DNA from: Tannerellaceae bacterium
Lineage (GTDB): Bacteria > Bacteroidota > Bacteroidia > Bacteroidales > Tannerellaceae
Direction of reading: 5' to 3'
Assembly: GCA_031284375.1 (NCBI GenBank)
Contig: JAISZY010000025.1
Location: forward strand, 1-61,138
Length of the DNA: 61,138 nucleotides
In this document: piece by piece, positions 1 to 10,451 of the stretch
Position numbering within the stretch: the stretch's first letter is position 1
Layout of the letters: the number at the start of each line of letters is the position of its first letter
The notes under the pieces: generated by a model
Database searches by the model: none
Seen by the model: only the letters and a program-made list of their open reading frames with translations
What the model was told of the DNA's origin: nothing
Program-made: the position numbers and the translations under genes

Positions 1-119
1 GATAGATTTGCAAGGATACGTTCGGTTATTGATACTACTCTCAAAAATGAGAATGATGTTTTCTTTGCTTTGAAATGTCTGGCAAATATTCAAATTACGA
101 ATAGTACCTGAGTAGTTAC
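1..119 (+). mobile_element. Right end of an IS66-family element (3' end of transposase gene plus terminal repeat)
   Basis: Frame 1 from base 1 reads DRFARIRSVIDTTLKNENDVFFALKCLANIQITNST* (TGA 109-111), typical of an IS66 TnpC C-terminus. It is followed by CTGAGTAGTTAC (108-119), whose reverse complement begins GTAA like IS66 terminal inverted repeats. Confidence 0.8.
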
Positions 120-562
120 ATTTTTATATTTCCGTTCCTTATATGATAGCGAATGGTCGACGGACTTATATCCAGCATTTTACTTACTTGATTTTGACTG
201 TAGCCGGCGTCAAGCTTTTCCTGTATTAATGCCGGTTTTTCTTTCGTTACTTTGTAACACTGACCTCGCGTCTCTTTGCGTGAAAAAAAATATTCGGCAC
301 CCTTATCCCTGAAGGTCTTTGCGTAACGTTCTATATTTTTACGATGTTCGCCCAATGCGACACTTAATTCCGTTATACTGCATAGGTTTTGAACTGCTAA
401 ATTACCTGCTATAAAGCGGTAACTGTTTCTGTCTCCAACTGAATGGCAATAAATGGGATTCCCATTGTGTAGATAATAGACAATACCTTCCTTCTCGAAA
501 AAACCTAAACTCGAGTTTATTAATTTTGTTGAACTCGGAAATATTGGTATCTGTGTCTGCAT
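116..562 (-). pseudogene. Truncated N-terminal (HTH) part of a putative transposase of an unclassified IS
   Basis: ATG at 562 gives MQTQIPIFP...YSQNQVSKMLDISPSTIRYHIRNG with HTH-like segments. A TATATTTG promoter motif lies at 591-584. The stop codon is supplied by the IS66 end (GTAA), so the gene is interrupted. Confidence 0.6.
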
Positions 563-673
563 TTTTTTATCCGTTTTTTTTTGCAAATATACGACTTTTT
601 CCGTTTGCGCAGATAATCCTTTTATGTTGCTGTTATTGACCCTATTAATGATTTCGCAGGTCAGGAGTTCTGA
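120..673 (-). mobile_element. Left portion of an unclassified IS inserted in the DUF6261-like gene
   Basis: An AT-rich segment ends at the near-palindrome TCAGGAGTTCTGA (661-673), exactly where the open frame of the downstream gene begins. Confidence 0.5.
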
Positions 674-1525
674 AATTACAATAGCGCCTATTCTGCGGCG
701 ATGAACGAGGCTTCGGCTTTGTTTGAAAACCTTGTCCAAGACTTTGGCAAGCCGGCGCACGCTGCCAAAGTAGCCCTTATTGCCGGTGCGGATGAGGACA
801 TTACCCGTCTGAACCAGGACAACGAAGAATTTATGGCGCTCTACTCCGGACGCGCCTTGGCCGAAGAGGAAGAAAAGGTGGAAGGCAGCATGTCTGAAGC
901 CCGGAAGGTGGTGGAAGAGAAGTTCGACGTCTTGGCCGAGGCTATCAATACGTTTTACCGAATCAACGAAATGCAGTCGCCCAAAGACCCGGAAGTAAGC
1001 GATTCGCTCACGCAGATTATTCTCTTTATCAACGCCTACCTCCACCAGCACGAAGCCACCTTTGCACGCCGTAGCGCAAATTATCATTCCGGAGGAAGCG
1101 ACCAACCTTCTTCGCCCGACGAGGAGCCTCAGAAACCGGATGCGACTGTTCCGCACATCCTTATCTCCGCTCAAGAAACGCTAGGCGACAGTGTGGCGCT
1201 GCCGGGCTTCGGCAACCAGATGTCTTTGCTTGCCGCCGATGCCGCCGCCTTCGCCGCCGCTTTGTATCCTTCGGCCAAGAACGGCCTTTTGCAACTCACC
1301 TGGCCCGACACGGATAATACGGAGAGTCTCCCCATTGCCGATTTTGTGATGGATACCGACACGACAACGCCGCTGGGTCTGCTGGTAGACAGTCCGAATC
1401 TGAATACGGCGTTTATCAAACCCTTCACCGGTACGGGCGACGCCGAAGCCGAGGTATGGAAAGACAATCAGCTCTTGGCCACGCTTCAAGGCGTGCAATT
1501 CCCGGCCACGATGAGCGAAGGGTGA
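674..1525 (+). pseudogene. 5'-truncated DUF6261-like helical protein with C-terminal extension
   Basis: Frame is open from 674 (NYNSAYSAAMNEASALFENLVQDF...LNQDNEEFMALY...EARKVVEEKFDVLAEAIN), resembling the second half of Bacteroidales DUF6261 proteins. The N-terminus is missing at the IS junction. ORF track start is 701. Confidence 0.55.
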
Positions 1526-1530
1526 GCCTG

Positions 1531-2160
1531 TCAGCGGAAGATATATCCTAAGGAAAACGTTAGATTATTTTGAAAAACAGAAGATTCCCCTTCTGTTTTT
1601 TCTGTTTGTAGCCGTATGTTTCCGGGAAGCGCCGCGATGGAGAAGAAAACGCCTTTATATTCTACGCTTATTCCGGCGCTTACCCCTATGTCGAAGGGTT
1701 TGATTTTCGTTTTCTTAGCCACAGGAAATTCCTCCAGCAGCCTTCGGGTAGAGAGTTTGCTCGACAAACGAAAATCAAGCGCCGGGCCTGTATAGATGGC
1801 CATCTTTACGCCCGAAATCGGAATATTGAACGCCACATGAAACGACGGCTGCAAGGAGTAGCTTCTTAGTCCGTGCTTCTGCAGGAACATACCTTCCAGG
1901 AGTTCGGTATGGAAAGAGCCGCCTTCGTAGGCTAAGGCTATTTCCGGACGAAACGAAAAACGTTGATAAAACGGAATATCCGCCAATGCCGCCACACTAT
2001 AGCCCAAACAAGAGCCAGACCAGTAATCCAGATCGATTTTCTGTACCAGCGACGAACGGGCTACTCCTGCCCGTACGCCCCAATATACTTTGGCAAAGGT
2101 TGGCATGGAGCACATCACCATCAACCCTATTGCACACCCGGTTTTGCGTATATGTATCAT
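1531..2160 (-). CDS. Outer-membrane beta-barrel (porin family/PorT-like) protein
   Basis: Signal peptide, WGVRAG start of barrel, terminal FSLGYIF strand. Confidence 0.75.
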   Translation of the reverse strand: MIHIRKTGCAIGLMVMCSMPTFAKVYWGVRAGVARSSLVQKIDLDYWSGSCLGYSVAALADIPFYQRFSFRPEIALAYEGGSFHTELLEGMFLQKHGLRSYSLQPSFHVAFNIPISGVKMAIYTGPALDFRLSSKLSTRRLLEEFPVAKKTKIKPFDIGVSAGISVEYKGVFFSIAALPGNIRLQTEKTEGESSVFQNNLTFSLGYIFR

Positions 2161-2163
2161 GTC

Positions 2164-3276
2164 TTATAGTTTAATATAAATTTGTTTTCTATACAACCCG
2201 TAACCGGGAATCCAGTTTAATACGACAAAAAAGATAGCCCACGCCAGCGAACCTCCGTAATTTCCCAAAACAGGTACAAACCACGAATCGCATACAAAGG
2301 CATGAACCCCGGACACGCTGAGCAATGTAGATAAAAGGGCTGCCTGTACGTATAAATAAAGGGGATTGATGCCGAATGTCTCGAAAAACAACGACCAGCG
2401 TTTCTTGCCGTTTATATCAATGATCCAGATGAGAAGCGCCAACAGGAGAGAAGCCAGCCCGCAGGTGGCGAGAACGAACGTGCTGCTCCATATTTTCTTA
2501 TTGATCGGAAAACCGTATTGAAGCAACAATCCGGCAAACAAAAGAATGGCGCCCAGAATAAACAAATGGAGGATAACCGGCTCGTGCTCCTTTTTACCGT
2601 TCCGGATGATTTTGCCGGCATAGAAGCCCAGCAATACGTGGGCAACGCTGCCAATGCAGCTAAGGAGTCCTTCCGGGTCGAAGGCGATACGGGTTCCGTC
2701 GGCCAGCATATCCCGGTAAAGATGGGATTCTCCCAACAGCGCACGGTCGATGATTGCGATGATATTGTGTGTAGACAAGGTGGCGCTATCGGTAAAAGCC
2801 AGCAAAGCCGCATAAAAAACCAACAGGCCGGCGGCAATATGCAGCACGTATTTATGATGAACCGACAAGCCAATCAGCGAAGCGATTCCATAGGCCAAAG
2901 CCAGTCGCTGGAGTACCCCCAGGATACGCAACTGCTCAAAGTGTCCGAATCCATGACGGAAAAGATGTCCGAACAGATTCAATCCCACGCCTATCAGGAA
3001 TATCAGCAAAGTACGTTTCAGTACCTTGAAAACACTTTCCCGCGAAAAGGAGAAATGATATTTCCGAAGAGAAAAAAACATGGATACGCCCATGATAAAC
3101 ATGAAAAAAGGAAACACCAGATCGGTGGGTGTAAGGCCGTTCCATCCGGCATGTCGTAGCGGGGCGTAGACGTATTGCCATGAGCCGGGATTATTTACCA
3201 TAATCATTCCTGCAATTGTGATTCCTCTCATCACATCAAGAGAGAGAAGTCTTCCTGTTTGTACTGTTTGTGTCAT
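2164..3276 (-). CDS. Membrane acyltransferase, heparan-alpha-glucosaminide N-acetyltransferase (NagX-like) family
   Basis: RLLSLDVMRG, NNPG, H-W-G-TPTDLVFPFF, GVLQR, DPEG and PINKKIW motifs; multiple TM helices. Confidence 0.88.
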   Translation of the reverse strand: MTQTVQTGRLLSLDVMRGITIAGMIMVNNPGSWQYVYAPLRHAGWNGLTPTDLVFPFFMFIMGVSMFFSLRKYHFSFSRESVFKVLKRTLLIFLIGVGLNLFGHLFRHGFGHFEQLRILGVLQRLALAYGIASLIGLSVHHKYVLHIAAGLLVFYAALLAFTDSATLSTHNIIAIIDRALLGESHLYRDMLADGTRIAFDPEGLLSCIGSVAHVLLGFYAGKIIRNGKKEHEPVILHLFILGAILLFAGLLLQYGFPINKKIWSSTFVLATCGLASLLLALLIWIIDINGKKRWSLFFETFGINPLYLYVQAALLSTLLSVSGVHAFVCDSWFVPVLGNYGGSLAWAIFFVVLNWIPGYGLYRKQIYIKL

Positions 3277-3312
3277 AATGAGGGTTGTTTAAGCGCGAAG
3301 TTATAATTTTTT

Positions 3313-5367
3313 TTAGAATTTCCATCGAAGGATAGCCGAAATATCTGTTTTTGTGTTTCCTTCTATCTCCTCCAGGTCTGTTCCTACTGCGTCTCTGTGG
3401 GTATAATACGTTGCAGATAACTTGGTAAAGAAAGCAAGCTTGTACGAAACATCCCAGCGAAACGTTGCCGATAAGCGAAATCCTTTTCCATAAAACTGCG
3501 GCATTTGGAAGGCGTATAATATGTTTTTTTCGTACGAACTCAGGCGAGCGTCGTAATCGTCCGTATGGAAATAAGCGACATAGAGATCGGCCTGGACAGG
3601 AAGCCCGGCCGGGCGCCATCCGATACTCTGGGCCGGCATGAATCCTTTGCTTCGCTTGTTTGCCTGGTTGTACATAATCCCTTCGAGCGATGTTTTAAAA
3701 AGAAAGGATTGCCTTTGACACTGCATTTGAAACCTTAGCCGGTGTTGTTCGTAAGGCAAGACAGACGCCGTTCCATCCGCCAACGTTTGGTTTTTCTCCT
3801 TTTCCCTGTACTTATAGCGCAGATAAAAAGAAACATTTTCCATCTGCGTATAATCCGCCTGCACCATGTATTCCTTGCCGGCAGAAGGGGCATCCACTCC
3901 ATATTTGAGCCAGGGGAAACGGAAGAAATCGGCATAGGCCGATAGTTTCCAGTAAGCGAAAGGGGCAAATTGCAAGCCCAGATATAAACCTTGCTCGTTT
4001 TGCGGCGTCGAGTTTTGCGAGAAGGCGTTCCCAAAATAAGCCTGATATTTCTTGTCGTAGTAACGATACAGGAGCAGGAAGGAAAAGTAGGAAGCGGGAT
4101 TCAGTTGCAGCGCATGAAGCGTAGCCAAGGCTTTATTGGCAGATATAGCCGTTTCGCCGTAAAGTTTCAGATACCGGTTTTTCCACAGATAATCCACGCT
4201 CATATTCAGGTTGCTGTTCCCCCGGAAATAAAAGAGGTTATAAGGCTTGGCGTCGGGCATCATCCTGTAATTGCCGAAGGAATAAGACAGCGCCGTAATC
4301 CCCAAACATACATCCGGCGTAGCGTAGCGGATATTTCCTCCTATGGTTTGCATGGATACGATGTAGGCCTTTTCCCGTTCGGCCATTGTACGATGCAGAC
4401 CGTCGGTCTTTATGGAAGAAACGGTAAGACTGTCGGCCAACGTAGCATCCGTTTTTTTGCAGGAATAAAAGAGACTCACGTCTATATCCCTCCAGCGAGC
4501 CGTGGCGGCTGCTCCTCGGAAAAAATCCTCCTCGTTTGTTGAGAAATGTCGCCGAAAACCATACGTCCGTCGTTCTGTCTGGGCAACAGCGGCATTTCTT
4601 CCCGGCGTAAATTCATTGCTCACCACTAATCCCTGACCGAACGACATCTTATAATCGCCCACGACGCATGTGTTCAACCAACCCAGTTCCTTCACGATGA
4701 AATGAAACGAATAGAAATCATACCCCTTATTATGGCGGTTCAGAAAAGGTTCGCCCGCATCTTTTTCGGCTACGATGCCGAATTGCAGGCGCTCGTCGAA
4801 CGTATAGGAATAACGGAGCGAATGATAGAAAGGTTCGCCTACGTATTGGCGGTTGGGATACACGGCCAATATACTGTCGGGTAAAGGACGATAGCCTTTT
4901 TTCTGTTGAAAACATTGGTCGTACCTGATATACAACTCATTCTTGCCGTAATCAACAAGGTTATCCACAGTAAACGGACGTTTTTCAACAGTTTCTTCGG
5001 CGATATAAACAAAGGGAAGCAGGAGTTCGATGGTTTGAAAATCTAATTCTTCCATGTTTTTCAGTTCATAGATAGTCTGCATCCTCCCATATCGCTTCCG
5101 GTAGAAAAGGATATCACGGATTTGAGATTCGGAAAGGAAAGGCAGTCTTTCCAACTGTTCTGCCGTTACCTGATTCAGGTCGAAGGGATGTTCGGAAAGG
5201 TAGGATAATTCAGCATATAGCGATTCGATGCGTTCTTCATCTTCTGTTTCGGAGGCTATTTCCTCTACATACTCCGTCCATTTATTCACAGAGAAAACAG
5301 ATTGAGCTTTACTTTGATAACAACTTATCAACAGAGATATCAACAGAAATATATACAATCGGTTCAT
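3313..5367 (-). CDS. Helix-hairpin-helix (ComEA-like) domain outer-membrane protein
   Basis: Signal peptide, DLNQVTAEQLERLPFL HhH segment, EKDAGE motif, terminal LRWKF beta-signal. Confidence 0.8.
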   Translation of the reverse strand: MNRLYIFLLISLLISCYQSKAQSVFSVNKWTEYVEEIASETEDEERIESLYAELSYLSEHPFDLNQVTAEQLERLPFLSESQIRDILFYRKRYGRMQTIYELKNMEELDFQTIELLLPFVYIAEETVEKRPFTVDNLVDYGKNELYIRYDQCFQQKKGYRPLPDSILAVYPNRQYVGEPFYHSLRYSYTFDERLQFGIVAEKDAGEPFLNRHNKGYDFYSFHFIVKELGWLNTCVVGDYKMSFGQGLVVSNEFTPGRNAAVAQTERRTYGFRRHFSTNEEDFFRGAAATARWRDIDVSLFYSCKKTDATLADSLTVSSIKTDGLHRTMAEREKAYIVSMQTIGGNIRYATPDVCLGITALSYSFGNYRMMPDAKPYNLFYFRGNSNLNMSVDYLWKNRYLKLYGETAISANKALATLHALQLNPASYFSFLLLYRYYDKKYQAYFGNAFSQNSTPQNEQGLYLGLQFAPFAYWKLSAYADFFRFPWLKYGVDAPSAGKEYMVQADYTQMENVSFYLRYKYREKEKNQTLADGTASVLPYEQHRLRFQMQCQRQSFLFKTSLEGIMYNQANKRSKGFMPAQSIGWRPAGLPVQADLYVAYFHTDDYDARLSSYEKNILYAFQMPQFYGKGFRLSATFRWDVSYKLAFFTKLSATYYTHRDAVGTDLEEIEGNTKTDISAILRWKF

Positions 5368-5379
5368 AACAAATCGGCG

Positions 5380-6192
5380 TTAAAAGGAAAAAGAAAGCCC
5401 AATCCCTGTACTCGTTCCCAAAACAGGATGATAAACAGCGGCTACATCTATATGAAAACTCGAAAAAGCATATCCGAATCCAAAAGACGGAAGCAGGGGA
5501 GAACCTTTTACGCCCGCACGGATACAGAAATCGCGGAATGCCACGTATTCAAGGCCCAGGCTACCTCCTATCGCAGATTCCTCGCCTGTGGACAAAGCGC
5601 CGGATATAAACATACGGTTAATAACTTCCCATTGAAAACCCGCCTGTATGGAATAATACATAAACTCCTTTTTCCCAGTAGACTTATCGCCTAAGTTCAC
5701 CGAAGGGAAATTTGTTATCGACAAACCTATCAACAAATTATCAACAGGAATGTGTGTCAGTCCCACATCAACGGACAACTGGGCAGGCCGTTCTTCGTAC
5801 AACTCCGTTTCTAAAAGGGCATACTGAATACTTACGCCCAACGCCCAATGGGTTGTCAGGCGCTTCGCCGTTAAAAAGCGGAACATACTTTCTCTGTACG
5901 CATCGTATCCGAAGGAAAAAATATCGCCTCCCAAGGAAAGCGTCTCGCCCGGCAGATAAAAACTCCCGCCCACGCTGCCCAATTCCTTCAATCCATAGCG
6001 ATTGAAATAGTTTATACAGAGGGTTTTTTGTCCATACAAAGCAATCAAGGATGGATTAAATGCGGCCGAAGCCGTCGCTTCATTCCCTCCCATTCCGATA
6101 GTACGTATATCGCCTATGCGTAAATTGTTGGTAGCATACAAAGAAGGATACAGATGGAAAAATATCAAAATCAACAGAAGGTTTGGTTTCAT
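5380..6192 (-). CDS. Outer-membrane beta-barrel protein (PorV/PorQ/FadL-like)
   Basis: Signal peptide, RTIGMGG...FNPS plug motif, HPVLG, terminal Phe; 12 bp from the HhH gene. Confidence 0.65.
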   Translation of the reverse strand: MKPNLLLILIFFHLYPSLYATNNLRIGDIRTIGMGGNEATASAAFNPSLIALYGQKTLCINYFNRYGLKELGSVGGSFYLPGETLSLGGDIFSFGYDAYRESMFRFLTAKRLTTHWALGVSIQYALLETELYEERPAQLSVDVGLTHIPVDNLLIGLSITNFPSVNLGDKSTGKKEFMYYSIQAGFQWEVINRMFISGALSTGEESAIGGSLGLEYVAFRDFCIRAGVKGSPLLPSFGFGYAFSSFHIDVAAVYHPVLGTSTGIGLSFSF

Positions 6193-6331
6193 TTTTTATT
6201 CTAATTTAAAATCCTACATAAAATCCGACGTAAGCCTGGTGGCTTAACTGCGGCAAAGATAATCACTCCCGGTCGAAAACACAACACGTATAAGTTTATA
6301 TGAAAGCAATTGTATAAGACATTCTTTTACA

Positions 6332-6339
6332 TATCTTTG
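6332..6339 (+). promoter_or_regulatory. Bacteroidetes housekeeping -7 promoter motif (TATCTTTG)
   Basis: Matches TAnnTTTG upstream of the HD-domain gene. Confidence 0.5.
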
Positions 6340-6396
6340 CGAAAAGTTTCAGCAAAATGAGATACGACAAAGTCAGAAAAATGTACCCCACGTGTT

Positions 6397-6948
6397 ATGT
6401 ATAGTGTTATGTATACCCACATATTGTCTAAATATTACGATACCGCTTCCGATGCTTACCGGATTCTGCTCGCCCATAGCGAGGATGTTACTTCCAAGGC
6501 GCTGCAAATAGCCCGGATGCATCCGGAGATGCCTTTGGATTTGCTGTTTATCGAACAGGCGGCCATGCTGCACGACGTAGGCGTATTTCTTTGCCATGCT
6601 CCGGAGATAGGCTGTTTCGGCGCATCCGAATATATCTGTCACGGATACTTAGGGGCCGATCTGATGCGCCGTGAAGGCTATCCGCTTCACGCCTTAGTGT
6701 GCGAACGGCATACCGGATGCGGCCTGTCGCTTCGGGAAATAACGGAACGCAATCTGCCGGTACCCCATCGGGAGATGATTCCCCTCTCGGTCGAAGAACA
6801 ACTCATCTGTTTTGCCGACAAGTTTTTCAGCAAAACCCATCCGGGACGGGAAAAAGCGGTAGACAAGATAAAAAGCCACCTTTCCGCCTACGGTCCGGAC
6901 ACTACGGCACGCTTCGAATACTGGTGCAAACTGTTTTTAGGAGCGTAA
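6397..6948 (+). CDS. HD-domain phosphohydrolase
   Basis: HS...AAMLHDVG...HG...ERHTG...FADKFFSK motifs. Confidence 0.88.
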   Translation: MYSVMYTHILSKYYDTASDAYRILLAHSEDVTSKALQIARMHPEMPLDLLFIEQAAMLHDVGVFLCHAPEIGCFGASEYICHGYLGADLMRREGYPLHALVCERHTGCGLSLREITERNLPVPHREMIPLSVEEQLICFADKFFSKTHPGREKAVDKIKSHLSAYGPDTTARFEYWCKLFLGA

Positions 6949-7008
6949 AATCCACCCGGCTCGGTATTTTATTATATATTTGCGCTTCAAGATGCAATAA
7001 GAAACAGC

Positions 7009-9753
7009 ATGTCTCCCGGAGCGATTCTATATATTTTGCCGGTTTTCTTTGCCGGAACTCTCCTGTCTCAGGCGCAAGAAGCGGAAGTAACGCCACTCTT
7101 GCCCGATACGGCCGTGGTAGATACCATTGCTCCGGCCGGAAACGGACTGGATGCAACGGTTACCTATACGGCCACCGATTCGATTATCATGACAACCGGC
7201 AACTGGGCCTACCTCTTTGGACAAGGCCATGTAAAGTACGAACAGATAGAACTGGAATCGGAAGAGATAGAGATGAACTTGGACAGCAGCATGGTTTTTG
7301 CCAAATACGGCCTCGATACGCTGGGGGTAGAATTTGGTTATCCGCTATTCAAAGACGGCGGTCAGGAGTACGAATCCAAAACCATGCGTTATAACTTCAA
7401 ATCGAAGAAAGGATTCATCACCGATGTCATCACCCAGCAAGGGGAAGGATACGTTACCGCGGCGCGAACCAAAAAGATGAGCGACGACATCCTGAATATG
7501 GCAGGCGGGAAGTATACCACCTGCGACGACCACGACCATCCGCATTTCTATATCCAGATGACCAAAGCCAAAGTACGTCCGAAGAAAAACATTGTAACCG
7601 GTCCGGCCTATCTCGTGATAGAAGACGTTCCCATCTACCTGCTTGGTCTGCCTTTTGCGTACTTCCCTTTTTCCGAAAGCTACTCTTCCGGTATCCTTTT
7701 TCCTACCTTCGGCGACGAATCCACCCGTGGTTTTTACCTGCGGGATGGAGGATATTATTTAGCCCTGAGCGATTACATCGACCTGGCCCTGACGGGCGAA
7801 TTATACTCAAAAGGTTCCTGGGGAGCCAATGCCCGCTCTACCTACCGGAAGCGATATAAGTACAACGGCAGCTTCAACGCCTCTTATCTGTCCACCAAAT
7901 TGGGCGATAAAGGACTGCCGGATTATAGTCTGACAAAAGACTTCAAACTCTACTGGACACATGCGCAAGACGCCAAAGCCAATCCTTACCGCAGCTTTTC
8001 GGCCAGCATTAATTTTGCCACCACCGGCTACGATAAGAACAACATCCAGAGCATGAGTACGCCTACCTCTACGCAAAACACCAAGAGTTCGAGTGTAAAT
8101 ATTACCCAACGCTTTCCCAACAATCCGCTCAGCATATCGGCCACAATGAACGTAAACCAGGCCGGGCGGGATACGATGCTGTCGGTCACCCTCCCGGACG
8201 TAACCATCAGCATGAGCCGAATCTTTCCCTTCAAACGTAAACAAGCCATAGGAAACGAACGTTGGTACGAAAAGATATCCATGAGCTATTCCGGTTCTCT
8301 GCGCAATAACATCTCTACCAAAGAGTACCTCTTTATGCAATCCAATATCATCAAAGACTGGAAGAACGCCATGCAACACCAAATACCGGTGAGCGCCACA
8401 TTCAGTCTGTTTAATTACCTCAATATTTCTCCGTCGTTCAATTACCGTGAACGGTGGTACTCCAGCAAGGTAGATCAGGCATACGATTGGCAAACAAACA
8501 CGGTGCATCCATCCGACACCACGTATGGCTTCTATCGTGTGTACGATTATAACACATCCGTTTCCGCCTCTACCACGGTATACGGATTCTTCCAACCTAT
8601 GTCGTTTCTTCCGCTCGTCAGCAACTACATTGTTCGTCACCGGATGGATATGTCCGTAAGTTTAGGCTTTACGCCCGATTTCTCGAACAAGCGATACGGC
8701 TTCTACAAAGAACACGCCTACGTAGATAATCAGGGATTGGAGCGTACGGTTAGTTATTCGCCCTTCAGCAATGGGATGTTCGGCGTACCGGGAAGGGGGC
8801 AACAGGGAAGCATCAGCTTCAATATAGACAACAACATAGAAGCCAAGAAAACGGCCAACCGCGATTCGACGGAAGACACCAAGCTCAGCCTGATAGACAA
8901 GCTCTCCTTTTCCATGAGTCATAACATGATGGCAGACTCGCTCAAGTGGAGCGACCTGAACGTGGGGATTCGCCTGAAATTTTCCCGCAGCTATACGCTG
9001 AATCTGAATGGCGTATTCGACACCTATACCTACGGAGTGAACGAAAGTCCGGATGGCCGGAGGTCGTTCTATCGTCAGAACGTCATGCGCATACAATCCG
9101 GAAAAGGGTTAGGGCGTTTACGTTCCACCGGGACGAGTTTCTCTTATACCATCAAGAACGATTTCTTTAAGACCAATGCCCTATTTAAGCCGTTGCGGGC
9201 GCTTTTCGGCATAGAGGAAGCGACCGAAACGGAATCGACAACGGAATCCCCGGATGACGACATGCCCGTAGACGCCCTCGACGAGTTTGGCGAAATACGC
9301 GACTTAGTGCCCGAACAAGGCGGAAGTAGTCGCCTCAGAAAAGCCAAAGAAGACACTTCCGGAGAAACCGACGCCGACGGATATTGGAAGAACGGCGTTC
9401 CCTGGAGTCTGTCCTTCAATTACAATCTGAGCCTCGGATACGGCGATTTTAATTACGACAAGCGGGAGTATGATTACCGGATTACTCATGCACTTAGTTT
9501 CAGCGGCAACATACAGCCCACCAAAAATTGGCAATTCAACTTCAATGCAACATACGATTTCGATACAAACAAAATATCGTACCTCACGTGCAATCTCTCT
9601 CGCAATTTACATTGCTTCACGATGACTGCCGGCTTTAACCCTGTGGGGAATTATAAGTTCTACTCGTTTTCTATCGCCGTAAGTTCTTCTCTGCTGAAAG
9701 ACCTTAAGTACGACCGCCGGAGTAATTACCGGGAAGGCCAGAAATGGTATTAA
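7009..9753 (+). CDS. lptD: Putative LPS-assembly protein LptD (Bacteroidetes type)
   Basis: 914 aa; OstA-like N-terminus (YTATDSI, LFGQGHVKY), YTTCD-PHF, RNLHC and LKDLKY motifs. Confidence 0.85.
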   Translation: MSPGAILYILPVFFAGTLLSQAQEAEVTPLLPDTAVVDTIAPAGNGLDATVTYTATDSIIMTTGNWAYLFGQGHVKYEQIELESEEIEMNLDSSMVFAKYGLDTLGVEFGYPLFKDGGQEYESKTMRYNFKSKKGFITDVITQQGEGYVTAARTKKMSDDILNMAGGKYTTCDDHDHPHFYIQMTKAKVRPKKNIVTGPAYLVIEDVPIYLLGLPFAYFPFSESYSSGILFPTFGDESTRGFYLRDGGYYLALSDYIDLALTGELYSKGSWGANARSTYRKRYKYNGSFNASYLSTKLGDKGLPDYSLTKDFKLYWTHAQDAKANPYRSFSASINFATTGYDKNNIQSMSTPTSTQNTKSSSVNITQRFPNNPLSISATMNVNQAGRDTMLSVTLPDVTISMSRIFPFKRKQAIGNERWYEKISMSYSGSLRNNISTKEYLFMQSNIIKDWKNAMQHQIPVSATFSLFNYLNISPSFNYRERWYSSKVDQAYDWQTNTVHPSDTTYGFYRVYDYNTSVSASTTVYGFFQPMSFLPLVSNYIVRHRMDMSVSLGFTPDFSNKRYGFYKEHAYVDNQGLERTVSYSPFSNGMFGVPGRGQQGSISFNIDNNIEAKKTANRDSTEDTKLSLIDKLSFSMSHNMMADSLKWSDLNVGIRLKFSRSYTLNLNGVFDTYTYGVNESPDGRRSFYRQNVMRIQSGKGLGRLRSTGTSFSYTIKNDFFKTNALFKPLRALFGIEEATETESTTESPDDDMPVDALDEFGEIRDLVPEQGGSSRLRKAKEDTSGETDADGYWKNGVPWSLSFNYNLSLGYGDFNYDKREYDYRITHALSFSGNIQPTKNWQFNFNATYDFDTNKISYLTCNLSRNLHCFTMTAGFNPVGNYKFYSFSIAVSSSLLKDLKYDRRSNYREGQKWY

Positions 9754-9765
9754 ACGCCCCTTATC

Positions 9766-10428
9766 CTACCATTCGATAGGCTTCTTCCCGCAGGCAATCA
9801 GATAATCGTTTGTTTGGCTGAAGTGTTTATTCCCGAAAAACCCCCGGTAGGCCGATAAAGGAGACGGGTGCGGCGACTGAAGTACTAAGTTGCGGCTCTT
9901 GTCGATAAAAGCCCCCTTGCGTTGCGCATACGATCCCCATAGAATATATACGATATGGCTTTGCGATTCGGCAAGGCGATGGATAACGGCATCGGTAAAC
10001 GTTTCCCATCCTTTATTCTGATGCGAACCGGCCTGATGCGCCCGTACCGTCAGCGTGGCATTGAGCAACAGAACGCCCTGTTCGGCCCATCGCGTCAGGT
10101 CGCCGCTCAACGGGGCAGGCGTGCCTGTGTCACTCTCTATTTCTTTGAAGATATTAACAAGCGAAGGAGGGAAAGGAACCCCTTCTCTGACGGAGAAACA
10201 AAGTCCATGCGCCTGCCCGGGTTCGTGATAAGGGTCCTGCCCCAGGATAACCACCTTTACCCGGTCGAACGGACAAAGCCGGAATGCGTTGAAAATATAC
10301 GCTCCCGGAGGATACGCAACGCCTTGTTTGTATTCTTGCCTCACAAAATCGGTGAGTCGTTTGAAATAATCTTTTTCAAACTCTGCCGATAGTTGCGCTT
10401 TCCATCCCGGTTCTATCTTTACGTTCAT
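9766..10428 (-). CDS. ung: Uracil-DNA glycosylase
   Basis: GQDPYH, PPSL, GVLLLN and HPSPLS motifs. Likely start MNVKIE at 10428. Confidence 0.97.
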   Translation of the reverse strand: MNVKIEPGWKAQLSAEFEKDYFKRLTDFVRQEYKQGVAYPPGAYIFNAFRLCPFDRVKVVILGQDPYHEPGQAHGLCFSVREGVPFPPSLVNIFKEIESDTGTPAPLSGDLTRWAEQGVLLLNATLTVRAHQAGSHQNKGWETFTDAVIHRLAESQSHIVYILWGSYAQRKGAFIDKSRNLVLQSPHPSPLSAYRGFFGNKHFSQTNDYLIACGKKPIEW

Positions 10429-10451
10429 GCGTATAATCTCCTCTTTGCATG

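Noticed and set aside
116-1174. 352-aa minus-strand ORF as one gene
   Set aside because: The first ~200 aa are antisense to the DUF6261-like gene and the IS end; only 562-116 looks coding.
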